Positions 52,551-64,000 of a stretch of DNA of 64,000 nucleotides are shown one piece after another. The first letter of the stretch is position 1; each line of letters begins with the position of its first letter. The DNA is taken from positions 19,282,001 to 19,346,000 of the forward strand of contig CM126226.1 of the NCBI GenBank assembly GCA_052327205.1, read 5' to 3'. The notes under the pieces were generated by a model. That model saw only the letters and a list, made by a program, of their open reading frames with translations. It searched no databases and had not been told where the DNA came from. The DNA comes from Somniosus microcephalus (lineage: Eukaryota). Both the position numbers and the translations under genes were made by a program.

Positions 52551-55549
52551 TCAATGGTCTTAAAAAGTTACAGAAATAACTTATCAGAACTGTATGGCAC
52601 TGTATTGTCACACATATCACTGTGAACCCTTAACCACATCGTCCAGACAAGCAAGAGGACAAGAGTCAATTTCATACTTTCACGTATTCTCCCTTTTAGA
52701 AGACTTCATGATTTGCCCAGAAGTGCTAAACTCAGTAAGTTTGTAGGGTCACTATTCCATTGTTGGGTTAAAAAATGATACACTGTCAACCTGACAATAA
52801 TCAAACCCGTACATTTTTTTTAGTAAAAGACATTAATTAATCTTGCCTTAATTTTTAAAAAGAATTTTAAATGAAGATGGCGTTGCCAATTGCTTCGTAT
52901 ATTTGACATTATACTTATACACAGGTATATGAAAAAGGCTGGTGTAGAATTCACATCTGCAGGTTCTTTTCCTGTTCCTCTTTTTCTTCTATCTTACATT
53001 GTCAGTATCAAGCTGTTCGGGTCAGGCCAAATGCAAAGTAACGATCGCGATCGTTATCCCCAACATTGCACCATCTGAGAAAAGCATTTTCTACTGCACC
53101 TGTATGACATGTTCATTCCTCACATTCGCCATCTTTGCCATGTTGCTAAGTAAGACTGCCTGTTTAGTGCCAATTTACGCCAAAATGATTAGAATTTGTG
53201 CAGCTGACCCATGTAGCGTAGGAACTGGGCTGACTCAGCACAAACTTGTTTTACTGAGAAATGCTATGAAGAGCAGAGAGGGGATATTTTCATTCCATGA
53301 TTCAATGGATGGAAAATTGTTCAGGCTGCAAACCAAGTGTATTGTCCTCCACATCCGAATTCCTGATATGTACTTCCATCAAATGAAGTTCTATGACGGG
53401 AGTGCGATTCATAAAGTGACCCCTTGTGTCCCCAAATGGCATAATGTAAACGAGGAAGAGAAGGGGGCCAATGATGGAATCTTGTGGTACTCCGAAGGTG
53501 AACTGGGAGGATAAACCATTATTGAAGATATGCTAGTTCTGTTGGTTGACCCAGGCAGAAGGGAATTGCAGAGTAAACAGTGACGCACAATGGACTGATT
53601 TAACTATGTTAAACACTAAGGAGAGGTTCAGAATGATAAGGTATAATACACCTTGGTTGGTCCCAAAGGAGATTAGTGCCTTTGATGAGGGCAATCTCTG
53701 TGTTGTGGGCAAGGTGGAAATTAGATTGAAGGGATTCGAAAAGACAGTTTTGGGAGAGCTGAACATGAGAGCTTGGGGAGGTGAGGGAGGTTAGAAACAG
53801 GATGGTACCTGGGAAGGATGGAGGTTGGAGTAGGTTTATTGAAAACAGGAGTTATAGTAGTAATCTTGAAGGGGGAAGGAAAGCAACAGTGTCTGAGCAA
53901 GCAGAGACATTTATGATGTAACTGGGGTAAGAGAAATAGTTCTAAATTGAGGAATTGAGTGTTTGTGGAAACCCACTGTTACAAATTGGCTGCCACATCT
54001 ATCTACATAACAGGTATTGTGCTTCAAAGTAATTCACTGTATGCAAAGCAATTTGAGAAGTTTCTGACAATCTTAATAAAGCATTATATGAATAGAAGTC
54101 TGATGCATAGTCTTATTTCTCAGTAAAATCCGCTCTCTACCACATAATAATCCTGGTCTAGTATTAACATTGTATAATACCTTCAGTCCATCACATGATA
54201 CAGGGCCATATGGAAAATTATTCAGATGGCATCCAACAGTGAGAACAAAAGAAATAAATTATAACAGTAAAACCTTTCAGGGTCAAGTATAATTCTGAGT
54301 GAACCTGAAAAAGTTTTGGCACACTTATGTAGTCAACAAAAAGCCAAAATCTTCAACTATTCATTTAAAATTCTACTCAATTCAGTCTGGAAGCAAAGAA
54401 AAGGTATTTTAAATAACTATTATGCTACATACACCACTGTACTATAATCACCCCAGAGGCTACTGTCTGGTATGTGATCTCCTCAAGTTACACAGATTTT
54501 ATTTCAGAAACGTCTCTGCTTCAAGTAAAACAGGTCTCGACCGGCTAAACAAAATGATCAGTTTTCCGCTCAGAATGCCAGCTAATTGTGAATTATTAAA
54601 CAGGGCTTTAATTCCCTTGCCCACCAAAGCCCTCTTGGCCATTTTTTAAATTCGTTCCTGGGATGTGGGTGCCGCTGGCAAGGCCAGCATTTATTGCCCA
54701 TCCCTAATTGCCCTTGAGAAGGTGAGCCATTTCCACATTGTTTCATTCACTGCTAATGTATGAACGGTTGCCAGCATTTGAATGGAAATGCCTTTTCAAA
54801 GTCTCCTTATTGCAATAACATGTCAGCTCACTTCTTTTGTTTTGCACTTATGGATTAACGGCATTAAACAGGCTGCATTTCAAACTTAATTAAGCTAGAT
54901 AGGTTTTATAAAATGCTATGCTTCTACAGCAGTTTGAACTGCTGCAACATAATTGAGCCCCTATAAGCATGCTGATTCCAGTACTTCTCGTCTTCCTCAT
55001 CCTGAATACCGAACCATACAGAAAAAATATTTTTAAATTCACTGGAAAAAATATTCAGCAGAAGTCCTACAGAAAATAAAAAGCAAGGTTAACGTATTAC
55101 AACGGGGCCAGTAGCATGCAGAAGCACTAAAATGGAGAGATCAGAGATTAGGGGAATGGGAGCCAATGTAGATCAGCAAGGACTGGGGGGGGGGGGGGGG
55201 GGGAAAGAGGACACAGTGTAAGACAGGAAACGTGCAGCATAGTTTTGGATAAGTTGGAGTTTATGGAGGGTGGAGGACAAGATAAGTGATAGAGCTTTTT
55301 TTTTTTTTTTTTTTATTCGTTTATGGGATGTGGGCATCGCTGGCAAGGCCAGCTTTTATTGCCCATCCCTAATTGCCCCTCGAGAAGGTGATGGTGAGCC
55401 GCCTTCTTGAACCACTGCCGTCCATGTGGTGATGGTACTCCCATAGTGCTGTTAGGGAGGGAGGCCCAGGGACAATGAAGGAACGGCAATATATTTCCAA
55501 GTCAGAGTGGTGTGTGAGCTAATGAATCTTGAGGTGAAGAAGGCATATA

Positions 55550-55856
55550 CAGGAAACTTTCTGGTATCCGGCACGGACGGGACCGAGCTGGTGCCAGTCG
55601 ATCAACAATGCCAGATAACCGAACGCTATAGTTAAAAGATACGGAGCTCAGTGCTCCTTCTAAAGCAACAAACCCTGCAACAGCTTCAAAACAATCGGCA
55701 CAGCTTGCAAGCGTCTCTGTAGCTTAGCAACAGCTTCAGCGAGACGCTGGCACAGCCACAAATGAGTAAAAAAAAGTTATCTGAACCGACTCCTGAATTT
55801 TGCCGGTGGATAGAGCGTTCCGGTTATTTAGTGGCCGGTTAATCGAAAGTTTCCTG
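55550..55856. mobile_element. pogo/Tigger-like MITE, copy 5 (inserted in an L2 relic)
   Basis: TA|CAGGAAACTTTC...GAAAGTTTCCTG|TA; 307 bp; same orientation as copies 1 and 4. Confidence 0.85.
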
Positions 55857-56932
55857 TACAAGGGTTTTAGCTGAGGAGGGAGTGGAGGCAGGCAATGTTG
55901 AATAGGTGGAAGTAAGTAAGAAGTTGTGTAGTAGTAGTCGGGTGATGAGTTTTAAAAACCTATGGATTGTTGCGGAACGGAAACTGAGGGAGGTGAGGAG
56001 TTGAGAGATCTTGGGAAAGAATAAGTTGGATTGGGAGGTATTTCAATTTCAATAGTGAGGATACTGGAAAGAGGAATGCAGATTGATGTATTTGGGGTTT
56101 AAAAGGTGTACGGCAATGTCACTTGCAATTTGCAGAACGAACAAGAGTGAGTCAAATTCTCCCCTTCAAGAAAGTTTAACAAGTACTGTTGTATCATCTT
56201 CTGACTGGAAACAAAGCAAAAAAAAAAATAAGGAAGTTTAAGCAGCAACATATTTTTGCCATTAAATTGACTGGAAAATTACTTTAGGTAAATAGTACAC
56301 GTGTACCTAAAAATAAATATCTGCACAACTGAAATATCTGAGTCATATAAAATTATAGTTGATTGCAAGTCAGGCCAATCAAGTTAGTTTGCTATCTTGA
56401 TGCCAAGTACAATCAAGGATTTTTTTCAAAGTCCATTTCATCTTCAGAATTACATTAGAACTATCTATCAGGCTGTAACTCTGCACTATTTAGTCCGACA
56501 AAGAGACTCACTTATCTTCCATTATCCAATTCTGGCAAAGGGTCTACACCTAAAACATTAACCTGTCTTTTCTCTTTGCAGGTGCTAACAAACTTGCTAT
56601 GCATTTCCAGCAACTGTTATTCTTATCTCAGGCTTCAACTGTACTTACAAATTCATACAGATTTAGAAAGTAATGCACATTTAATGCAAGTCTCTTGATA
56701 CCATCGGTTTTAGCTTTGTACACAGAACTGGGAGAATAAATCTTTTGGGTTTTTTTTTAAGAAACTTAAACATTTATCTATATTAACACAGGAAACAAAA
56801 GCTGTTAAAACACTATAGTTGCAGCTTGCATACATTCTCCCTTTATTAAGTGAGCAAGAAACAGAAAACTTTTCTTGCCAAGTATCATGAACAGACACAC
56901 GAGGATTCATTCCTGCATCACGTTGATGGTGT

Positions 56933-57128
56933 ATTTATAATGTTGAAGTCTTTGGGGGAAATTTTAATTTATAATGTTGAAGTCTTTGGGGGAAATTTTA
57001 ACCTAACCCGCCCATCGGGAAACTGTTGAAACCTAAGTCAATGGAGAGCGATATCGGGCGGGGTGAAAACCGCCATTCCACCCGATCCCGTGGGCTTCCT
57101 GCCTGATGAGTTAAGTTAAAATGACCCC
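56933..57128. repeat. Short palindromic MITE (~56988-57128) with a perfect 34-bp tandem duplication (56933-57000) across its left junction
   Basis: (atttataatgttgaagtctttgggggaaatttta)x2; imperfect TIR ggggaaattttaacctaac / gttaagttaaaatgacccc. Confidence 0.7.
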
Positions 57129-58388
57129 TTTTGTCTATTCCTTAGGGTCCAAATGCTGCCCTGTTATGGAGTGTGTTCCACAGCACTGCAGTGACAGAAA
57201 ACAATTCACATGCACTATTGTTTTTTAAGTCAGAATGTGCAACTTTGCTTTCCGATTGTTGTACCTTCCCAAATGGCTGGAGAAGGAACACAGAGGCCAC
57301 TGTACAGAGCTGCTGAGAAAAATGGCTGTCTCATCCTTTGGAGTGACCAGCAAAAACTATTTCGTTTAGGTCATTATATAATCTATTGTTTAATAATGGA
57401 TGTGTTTTTTTTCCACATTTAAAATGAGGTAGCTTCAGGTTTCAAATGAATTAAAGAAAATACCGTAGAACTTCAAAGTAGCTGTTAACATCTAATTAAC
57501 TTGTTACAACTGACATTTTTGACAGCACTTGCAGTATGTCAGAAGCAGCTTTAACAATAATGATATTAATATGTTACTTCTTGCTCTCATAAAATCCAGC
57601 CAAGTAAGGCAAGGTTCAGCCAAGTAGAACTAAGGTTACAAAGTTATTTAAAAAAAATACCTACCCCATTTGATCATTCTTGTTGAATATTACTGTATGT
57701 GGCTACTACAGATTATTACATGGAGCTCCAAGTGAGACCAGAGTCCCAGACATGCATTTTTCTTGCACTGAACGACCAATTTTCAATGAAGTATATGAGC
57801 AACACTTCAAATGACAGCCAACCAGCTTATACAGCTGAACTCTTTAACCCTGTAAAAAGTCCTGGACTGCCAACAGCTCTTAAAAGAAATAGACAACATG
57901 ACTCAAAGTAAACTTCCATTATTTATGGATTAAAATTACTTCCATGAAATCAAACAAGATGCCCAAATGAAACTCTGCAGAGCGTTACATTAACTGCTTG
58001 AGAGGTGAACCAGGTGCCTTATTGAAACCATATTTCCACCTTATTAGTTTAGGAATGTAGCGCATGCCACCAGTGTTCCAGAGCTTTAAATCCCAAGTTA
58101 GATTAATAGTAACTTTTGCATGTTTTATTCGGATCTAAACATTAAATTCCAGTATACTTCCACTATGATAGTACGAATCAAAGTACAATTATCATCCAAA
58201 TGCAATATTTATTGACAGCTAGTTAGGCCTTTGCCAGAATTCAAACGCACATTCAATAATGCAAGCCAGTTTGGACTGTTGGAATTTAAATAGAGGGTGC
58301 TGTCCTCACACTTGTTACAAACAGGCACAAATCCCAACAGTGTTGAGCAGCACAGTCTTAAAGAAAATACAAGAAGTGTCATCAGGAC

Positions 58389-58547
58389 CAATGTTCCCTC
58401 TAAGCTGCGCAGTAACGGGAAAGTTCCCACACAGGCCGTTCACCAGCGTCTCCGTTGTAAATACCGTGCATGCACGGAAATTTAAAGGGACCACGCACTA
58501 AAAGAAACAGGCCGTGCAGAACAAAGTGCAGCTTGCAGGGAACATTG
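58389..58547. mobile_element. hAT-superfamily MITE
   Basis: TIR CAATGTTCCCT / AGGGAACATTG and a perfect 8-bp target duplication ATCAGGAC (58381-58388, 58548-58555); 159 bp. Confidence 0.9.
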
Positions 58548-60313
58548 ATCAGGACATACCATTTAGGTCCATGAGAATAGGTAGGTGCTGAAATCAGTAC
58601 AACATCCAGAACAAATAGAGAAAACTAGAATTGGGTGGAACCGATTTTAAAGGACACTGGTCAATGGTAAGTTTTAGTTTTTCCTTCTCCAAATTCTGCA
58701 TGAGTAGCAGCACATTTACACAGAAATTGAAAATACAATTTTTTTTTTTTTTTTTTTAAGGCTTCTCTTTTTATTAGTGCTGCATGTTTATAAATGTAAC
58801 CCAGTCTTGATTCTTTATATCACAGGCCCCATTATTCAAATTCCACCCCCCCCCCCCCCCAAATCTCATGCTGGGTTACTGCACCCAAGTTCCAACAGCC
58901 CTCCAATACCTCACCCACATGGCTATTCTTCATATGTGAACCTAGATAGCAGTTTCAGCAGATTATACAACTGTAAAAGGCATTACAGTACAGTGAGATC
59001 CTGTCCTCTCTCAAATGTGCTTTCCAGGTGATGTTGCTGAATAGCTATTAATGGGAACACTGACTACCTTTCCCCCGGTCCCTTTTCTTAATGCAAGCTA
59101 ATTATAGTCAAATTAAGGGCGACTTTTATACTTGCACAAACTGAGCTGTAAATGGAATATAAAGTGCAAAAAACTAGAGGCAACAGAATGGTGAATATGT
59201 AACAGAAATATACACCTTGATTATCACGTGCATGCATCTTATCTTCGACACACATGACTACGCAAAGATTGCAAAGTTATTAAATGTACCAAACATGGGA
59301 AATGTTAGCTGCTGTTTATGAAGCAACTTGCATCAACCATTTCCATTAATCTATAAAATGTTAAGAAAGTAATTTTAGGGAAACTTTAGGAGTTGAGTTT
59401 CATTTTGAAAGCTGCAAAGGGCCCATTAGCCCCAAACTTATTGTCGATCCCAAGCTACCTCCCATCTCTGAAAAATCAGAAATAAGCTTCACTGGGACAA
59501 AGCTTTTCATCCTCACACTAAATGGATCATTGAATCAATAGTCTCTTTAGGCTTAACAAATAAAAAAATTTTAAAAATTGAAGCAAAACCCCAGGTTAAA
59601 TATATATGCAACTATCTCCTGCCCTTGTACGTACCAAGATTTATTCAGATCTCTAAACTTGAGAAAATTCTTCCAAAATATTCAAACCCAAACAAAAGTA
59701 TGCAACACATTTCAAACAATGGAAGAGTTATATTTTGAAACATGTTCAGAATTGGGAATTTTTCCAAATACAAGTATGCACTCCTCAAGGGAGTAGGATA
59801 GGTTAGAAATCTGGCTAATATAAATGTAGCATAAAGACAATGTGTGGTTTACTATCAACTTTTTACATTCACGGGCTGCTTTGTTCAATATCTGTGTTGC
59901 AGTGAATACATTTTACTAATGTTCATCTTTCAATTTAGTGTTGTAGAGATTTTCTTTATAAATTTTAAAAACAGAGCACTGCTCAGGCAATGCCATCAGC
60001 TGCTTCTTAGGCGGGAGGTATACTGTGCTCAATACAAACTCATCAGTACAAGATGGCCTCCTGAAATGGGAAGGAAACTGGGACTTTTCAGCTTTAATAC
60101 ACTTGATAGTGTTCCGAATTATACTGCCACTTTTGCATCAATAAGCACTTCAAACCACTTGCACAGTTGCAAAAATGGCAAAATAGCTGCACCCTTAGTT
60201 TTTTTTTTTTTAATTGCAAGCTCAATAATTACAAAGTGCAATCCTTAAATTGTACCAGATCATCTATCGCTTCAAACTGTGCGACATGGTGATTTGATTT
60301 TTGTGGAGACCAG

Positions 60314-60499
60314 GGGGTGAAATTGGACATGGGTGGGATGCAAAACAGGCGGTATCGCATCGGTCTCCCCTTATGCACCCTGCCCAATAATCAGCTCCGT
60401 TGACTTCAACAGAGCCGGCTATCGGGCGTGTCGTATAACGGGCGGCGAAAACGAGTCCGCCTGTTTTGTGTCCACGCCAGTGTCTAATTTCGCTCCCCC
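60314..60499. mobile_element. Short palindromic Harbinger-like MITE
   Basis: Imperfect TIR ggggtgaaattggaca / tgtctaatttcgctcccc with CAG on both flanks; internal hairpin ctccgttgacttcaacagag; ~100 nt from the MTOR donor site. Confidence 0.65.
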
Positions 60500-60600
60500 C
60501 AGGTTTCACCATCACTAATTATTTTTCAGACCTGCCACTGCAATCAAAACTGTAGTGCAAGTATTTTCAACACTTCTTTAAACTCAGTGGTTCTACTTAC

Positions 60601-60746
60601 CTGATTAATGATTCTAGAATTGCAGGGCAGGGACCTTTCTGGAACTCCAGCTCCTTATAATGCAAGGCTTTGGCATATGCACGACATTTGGCTGCTCGCT
60701 CTCCAAGGAGGACAATGCCATTATCATCTCTCAGTGGTAGAGGCCC
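60601..60746 (-). CDS. MTOR: MTOR internal coding exon (equivalent to human exon 28), start of the FAT domain
   Basis: Minus strand reads ttccaacag|GGG CCT ... TTA ATC AG|gtaagt. It translates [48 protein letters not shown](S) and continues the previous exon in phase 0. 146 nt. Confidence 0.97.
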
Positions 60747-60937
60747 CTGTTGGAAACGAAGGAGTTAGCTACTTCAAACAAAAATGTATTTAACTTTTTG
60801 CCGAAACATTTGAAGCCAACCACTTGATGGATGAGAGCGCGATGACGAAGAACAAAATTTTCTATATTTTGCACCCAGTGTCTGCATCAAGCACCCAGCG
60901 GACATGATTTCCTGCAGTGGGTATGTGTAGCAACAAT

Positions 60938-61380
60938 GGCCCAGAAATTCGGGTCCCAACGCGTGAGTACGGACGGAGTACCCACGCGTGGACCCGATGG
61001 AAGTGCCGGTTTCTTGCATGCACTACGCATGCGCGGGAAACTGGCATTTCCGATCCTCTGAACTAAGGGGTTCAGAGGTCAAACGCGTGCACGCAGGAGT
61101 CTGGAGGTCCCATGCAGGCCGCTCACCGGCTTTTATGTGGGAGAAACTGCATATGCACGAAAATTTGAATGGGCTGCGCAGCCAGTTAAAGGGACCGCGC
61201 ACCAAAAACAATAAAAGGGAACACTGCAATCCACATACCTTTGCAATACCTGGGGAAGACAAATACAGACCAGTAATAGTAAAACCACTTCACCAGCTGT
61301 ACACACACGGCACAGCTTCAGCCACTCGGCTCCACCCAATTCCCTCACAATGGCCATGGTTTTGGTCACCTCTGCCGGCC
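60938..61380. mobile_element. Truncated Harbinger-like element
   Basis: Starts ggcccagaaattc, like the 45877 TIR; CpG-rich; shares a block with ~17120-17200; right TIR not found. Confidence 0.45.
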
Positions 61381-61604
61381 CAACATTTGCTGTTTGAATT
61401 GAAGGCTGAAGTAGCACAGCTGCCAGAGGTGCTGCTGAAAACATCGATCCTTAGTGGTGCTCACTGCAGCAACAGTGTCACTCTATTTGCATTATTAGTT
61501 TTCCATCAAAAGCAGCAAACTTCCAATAGAAATGTAATATTAGTCAGAGAATGATGTGCAGCACAGGGTAAGGAAGAAAACAAGCAACCCAAATGATAGC
61601 AGCG

Positions 61605-62608
61605 ACGACAACAACAACAACTTGTATTTATAAAGGGCCTTTAACGTAGTAAAACATCCCAAGGTGCTTCACAGCAGCGTTATCAAACAAAATTTGACAC
61701 CGAGCCACACAAGGAGACATTAGGAGATAGGTTTCATGGAGTGTCTTAAAAGGAGGAAAGAGAGGTAGAGAGGCAGAGAGGTTTAGGGAGGGAATTCCAG
61801 AGCCTTAGGGCCGAGGCAGCTGAAGGCACGACTGCCAATGGTAGAGCGATTAAAATCAGAGATGCGCAAGAGGCCAGAATCGGAGGAACGTAGAGATCTT
61901 GGAGGGTTGTAGAGCTGGAGAAGGTTACAAAGACAGGGAGAGGTGAGGCCATGGTGGGATTTGAAAACAAGGATGAGAATTTTTAAAATCGAGGCTTTGC
62001 CGAACTGGGAGCCAGTGTTGGCCAGCGAGCACAGGAGTGATGGGTGAACAGGACTTGGTGCGAGTTAGGTTTTGGGCAGCAGTTTTGGATGAGCTTAAGT
62101 TTATGTCGGGTGGCCGGCCAGGAGAGCTTTGGAATAGTCAAGTCTAGAGGTAACAAAGGCATGGATGAGGGTTTCAGCAGCAGATGAGCTGAGGCAAGGG
62201 CAGAGTCTTTCGGTTACAGAGGTGGAAATAGGCAGTCTTAGTGATGGCGCGGATGTAGTCAGAAGCTCATCTCAGGGTCAAATACAACACCAAGGCTGTG
62301 AATAGTCTGGTTCAGCCTCACAGTTGCCAGGAAGAGGGATGGAGTCGGTGGCTAGGGAACGGAGTTTGTGGCGGGGACCGAAGACAATGGCTTTGGTCTT
62401 CCAAATATTTAGTTGGAGGAAATTTCTCCTCATCCAGTGTGTTGGACAAGCAGTCTGACAATTTAGAGACAGTGGAGGGATCGAGAGAGGTGGTGGTGAG
62501 GTTGGTGTCGTCAGCGTACACGTGGAACCCGAAATTGTGTTTTTGGATGATGTCGTCCAGGGGCAGCATGTAGATGAGAAATAGGAAGGGGCCAAGGATA
62601 GATTCTTG

Positions 62609-62609
<1 letters not shown>
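61605..62609 (-). mobile_element. L2-clade LINE 3' fragment
   Basis: LPLDDIIQKHNFGFHVYADDT, WMRRNFLQLNIWKTKAIVFGP and LWNSLP; (TTG)n tail on the minus strand. Confidence 0.88.
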
Positions 62610-62641
<32 letters not shown>

Positions 62642-62831
62642 ATGTCAACAGCAAATATTACTGACAGCATCTTATAGTACGCCTTAAAACTGATTCACTA
62701 GAAAATGTTCTTTTTGATTTCAATACAATTGCAGTCCTTAACCGGCCACGAACATTAGCATATGTAGTAAGTAAGTTTTGTAAAAATCTCTGGCGTCTAG
62801 TAGGCATTTTGTCTGAAACATGTTCCATCTA

Positions 62832-63165
62832 CAGGAAACTCTCGATTTACCGCACCTAAATAACCGGAAACCTCTGTTAACCGGCAAAATTCAGGAGTAG
62901 GTTCAGGTAAGTTTTACTGCATATTAGTGGCCGCTCCTAGATCTGTGGCTGTGTAACTGGGGTTCCTGCACTTGTTGCTAAGCAACAGGGATGCTTGGTC
63001 TGTGGCCGGGGTTCCTGCACCTGTTGCTAAGCAACAGAGAAGCCTGGATTTGTTGCTGTGTACGGAGCTCTCGTACCTTTTAACTATACCTCTCTGTAAT
63101 CCAGGCTTTTTGATAAACCGGCACCACGCCGGTCCCGTCAGTGCCGGATAATAAAGAGTTTCCTG
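62832..63165. mobile_element. pogo/Tigger-like MITE, copy 6
   Basis: TA|CAGGAAACTCT...AGAGTTTCCTG|TA; 334 bp with an internal 49-bp duplication. Confidence 0.85.
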
Positions 63166-63225
63166 TACTTTGGTAAAAGGACATCAATTGCATAACTTGA
63201 CTGTCATGCTTAGCATTTCTTTTAC

Positions 63226-63388
63226 CTTGTCACTGTGCTCCATGAACTCCGCCAGGTTCAGCAGTGTCTGTGTGACCTCGGCGATGTCCTGAGAAGTTAG
63301 AGCCTGCTCAATACTTCTGATCAACTCATCTTGTTGTTCTTCATGCAGTTCTGACCAACAGGATAGGAAAGCTGCATTAAACAGGTCT
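63226..63388 (-). CDS. MTOR: MTOR internal coding exon (equivalent to human exon 27), just upstream of the FAT domain
   Basis: Minus strand reads tttcatgcag|A GAC CTG ... GAC AAG|gtaaaa. It translates (R)[54 protein letters not shown], nearly identical to recalled human m[57 protein letters not shown]. 163 nt with canonical AG/GT. Absent from the ORF track. Confidence 0.97.
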
Positions 63389-64000
63389 CTGCATGAAAGA
63401 GAAAATCAAAAGTTTTAGAAAATACAGAGAGAAACAAATCATCTGGCTGTTTAGATTTGCAAAAGGCTTTAGTTACACAATGTTTATTCATGCAGAATAG
63501 AAAGCATCAGAAATATGAACTGCAGTTTTATTCAAGCATATTTATTTATGGCCAACTTTTTTCTCTTACTGTGTGCCCTTCGATTCTTCCCCCCATGGCT
63601 ATTTTTCAAGTATGAGCCTAGACAGTGAATGCTGGCTGTTTATTCAACGATGGATGGGGGCACCACAGCCAGGTCTGATCCGGTCTTCACCTGATGTCAG
63701 CCCACCAGCAGGGATCTCTGGATAGCAATCAGAATCTGGAAACCTTGCCTGATTTTTCCCCTCCGTGCCCCTGAAGTGCTGCCGAGATCAGCAATTCAAA
63801 GCACACCATGGACTGAACCTGGGACTCTCTGGTAAGTGAAGAAAAACTGGGTGAGTTACCACAGGCCCAGCAGCACTCAGGAATCTATACTGGCGCTGAA
63901 ATTATTGCCTTCATACCGGGGGGCGGGAAAGAGAGAAGGACAGAAAAAGACTTGAAACTTGAGGGGAAAAAGAGTGTACGGTTCTTGGATTTATATTGAT

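Noticed and set aside
52999-53514. 171-aa ORF
   Set aside because: No motif or splice support; its 3' part is the antisense of a decayed L2 RT.
1-60600. Next MTOR exon (INNKLQQPEA...MKHFGEL)
   Set aside because: Not found by eye on the minus strand; presumed to lie beyond the left edge. tBLASTn would be decisive.
60624-60635. Cys in [10 protein letters not shown] versus recalled human KGPTPAILES
   Set aside because: A single substitution whose variability I cannot assess without an alignment.
60988-61554. 188-aa plus-strand ORF
   Set aside because: Largely overlaps a truncated DNA-transposon relic and has no recognisable domain or transposase motif.
62610-62639. Long G/C homopolymers (also ~20036-20085, ~26908-26927, ~55185-55203, ~58845-58860) as G-quadruplex elements
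   Set aside because: Simple runs mostly at or within TE remnants, with lengths unreliable in assemblies and no evidence of function.
1-64000. CRISPR arrays, prokaryotic defence systems or an intact autonomous transposon
   Set aside because: The sequence is eukaryotic and intronic, has no regularly spaced repeat-spacer array, and all TE ORFs are truncated or frameshifted.

Overview
Vertebrate intronic DNA, most likely from a shark or other cartilaginous fish (inferred from HE1-type V-SINE, Deu-SINEs, and abundant CR1/L2/Penelope/RTE repeats). Two coding exons of MTOR lie on the minus strand at the right end (63226-63388 and 60601-60746; equivalent to human exons 27 and 28 by my recall). Everything to their left appears to be one intron over 60.6 kb long, because I could not find the next MTOR exon. 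Nested in it on the plus strand is a complete five-exon ANGPTL7 gene (CDS 28786-37889, 348 aa), the same arrangement known in mammals. The rest is transposon-derived: CR1, L2 and RTE LINE fragments, Penelope-like elements with minimal hammerhead motifs, a solo LTR, six TA-flanked pogo/Tigger-like MITEs, Harbinger-like MITEs and a hAT MITE. The most unusual structure is a ~350-bp inverted repeat, not matching any repeat I recognise, that encloses ANGPTL7 exon 2; its mismatches favour G.U pairing on the ANGPTL7 strand. Also notable are RFX X-box motifs carried by the MITE family. All alignments were done by eye and no database searches were run.
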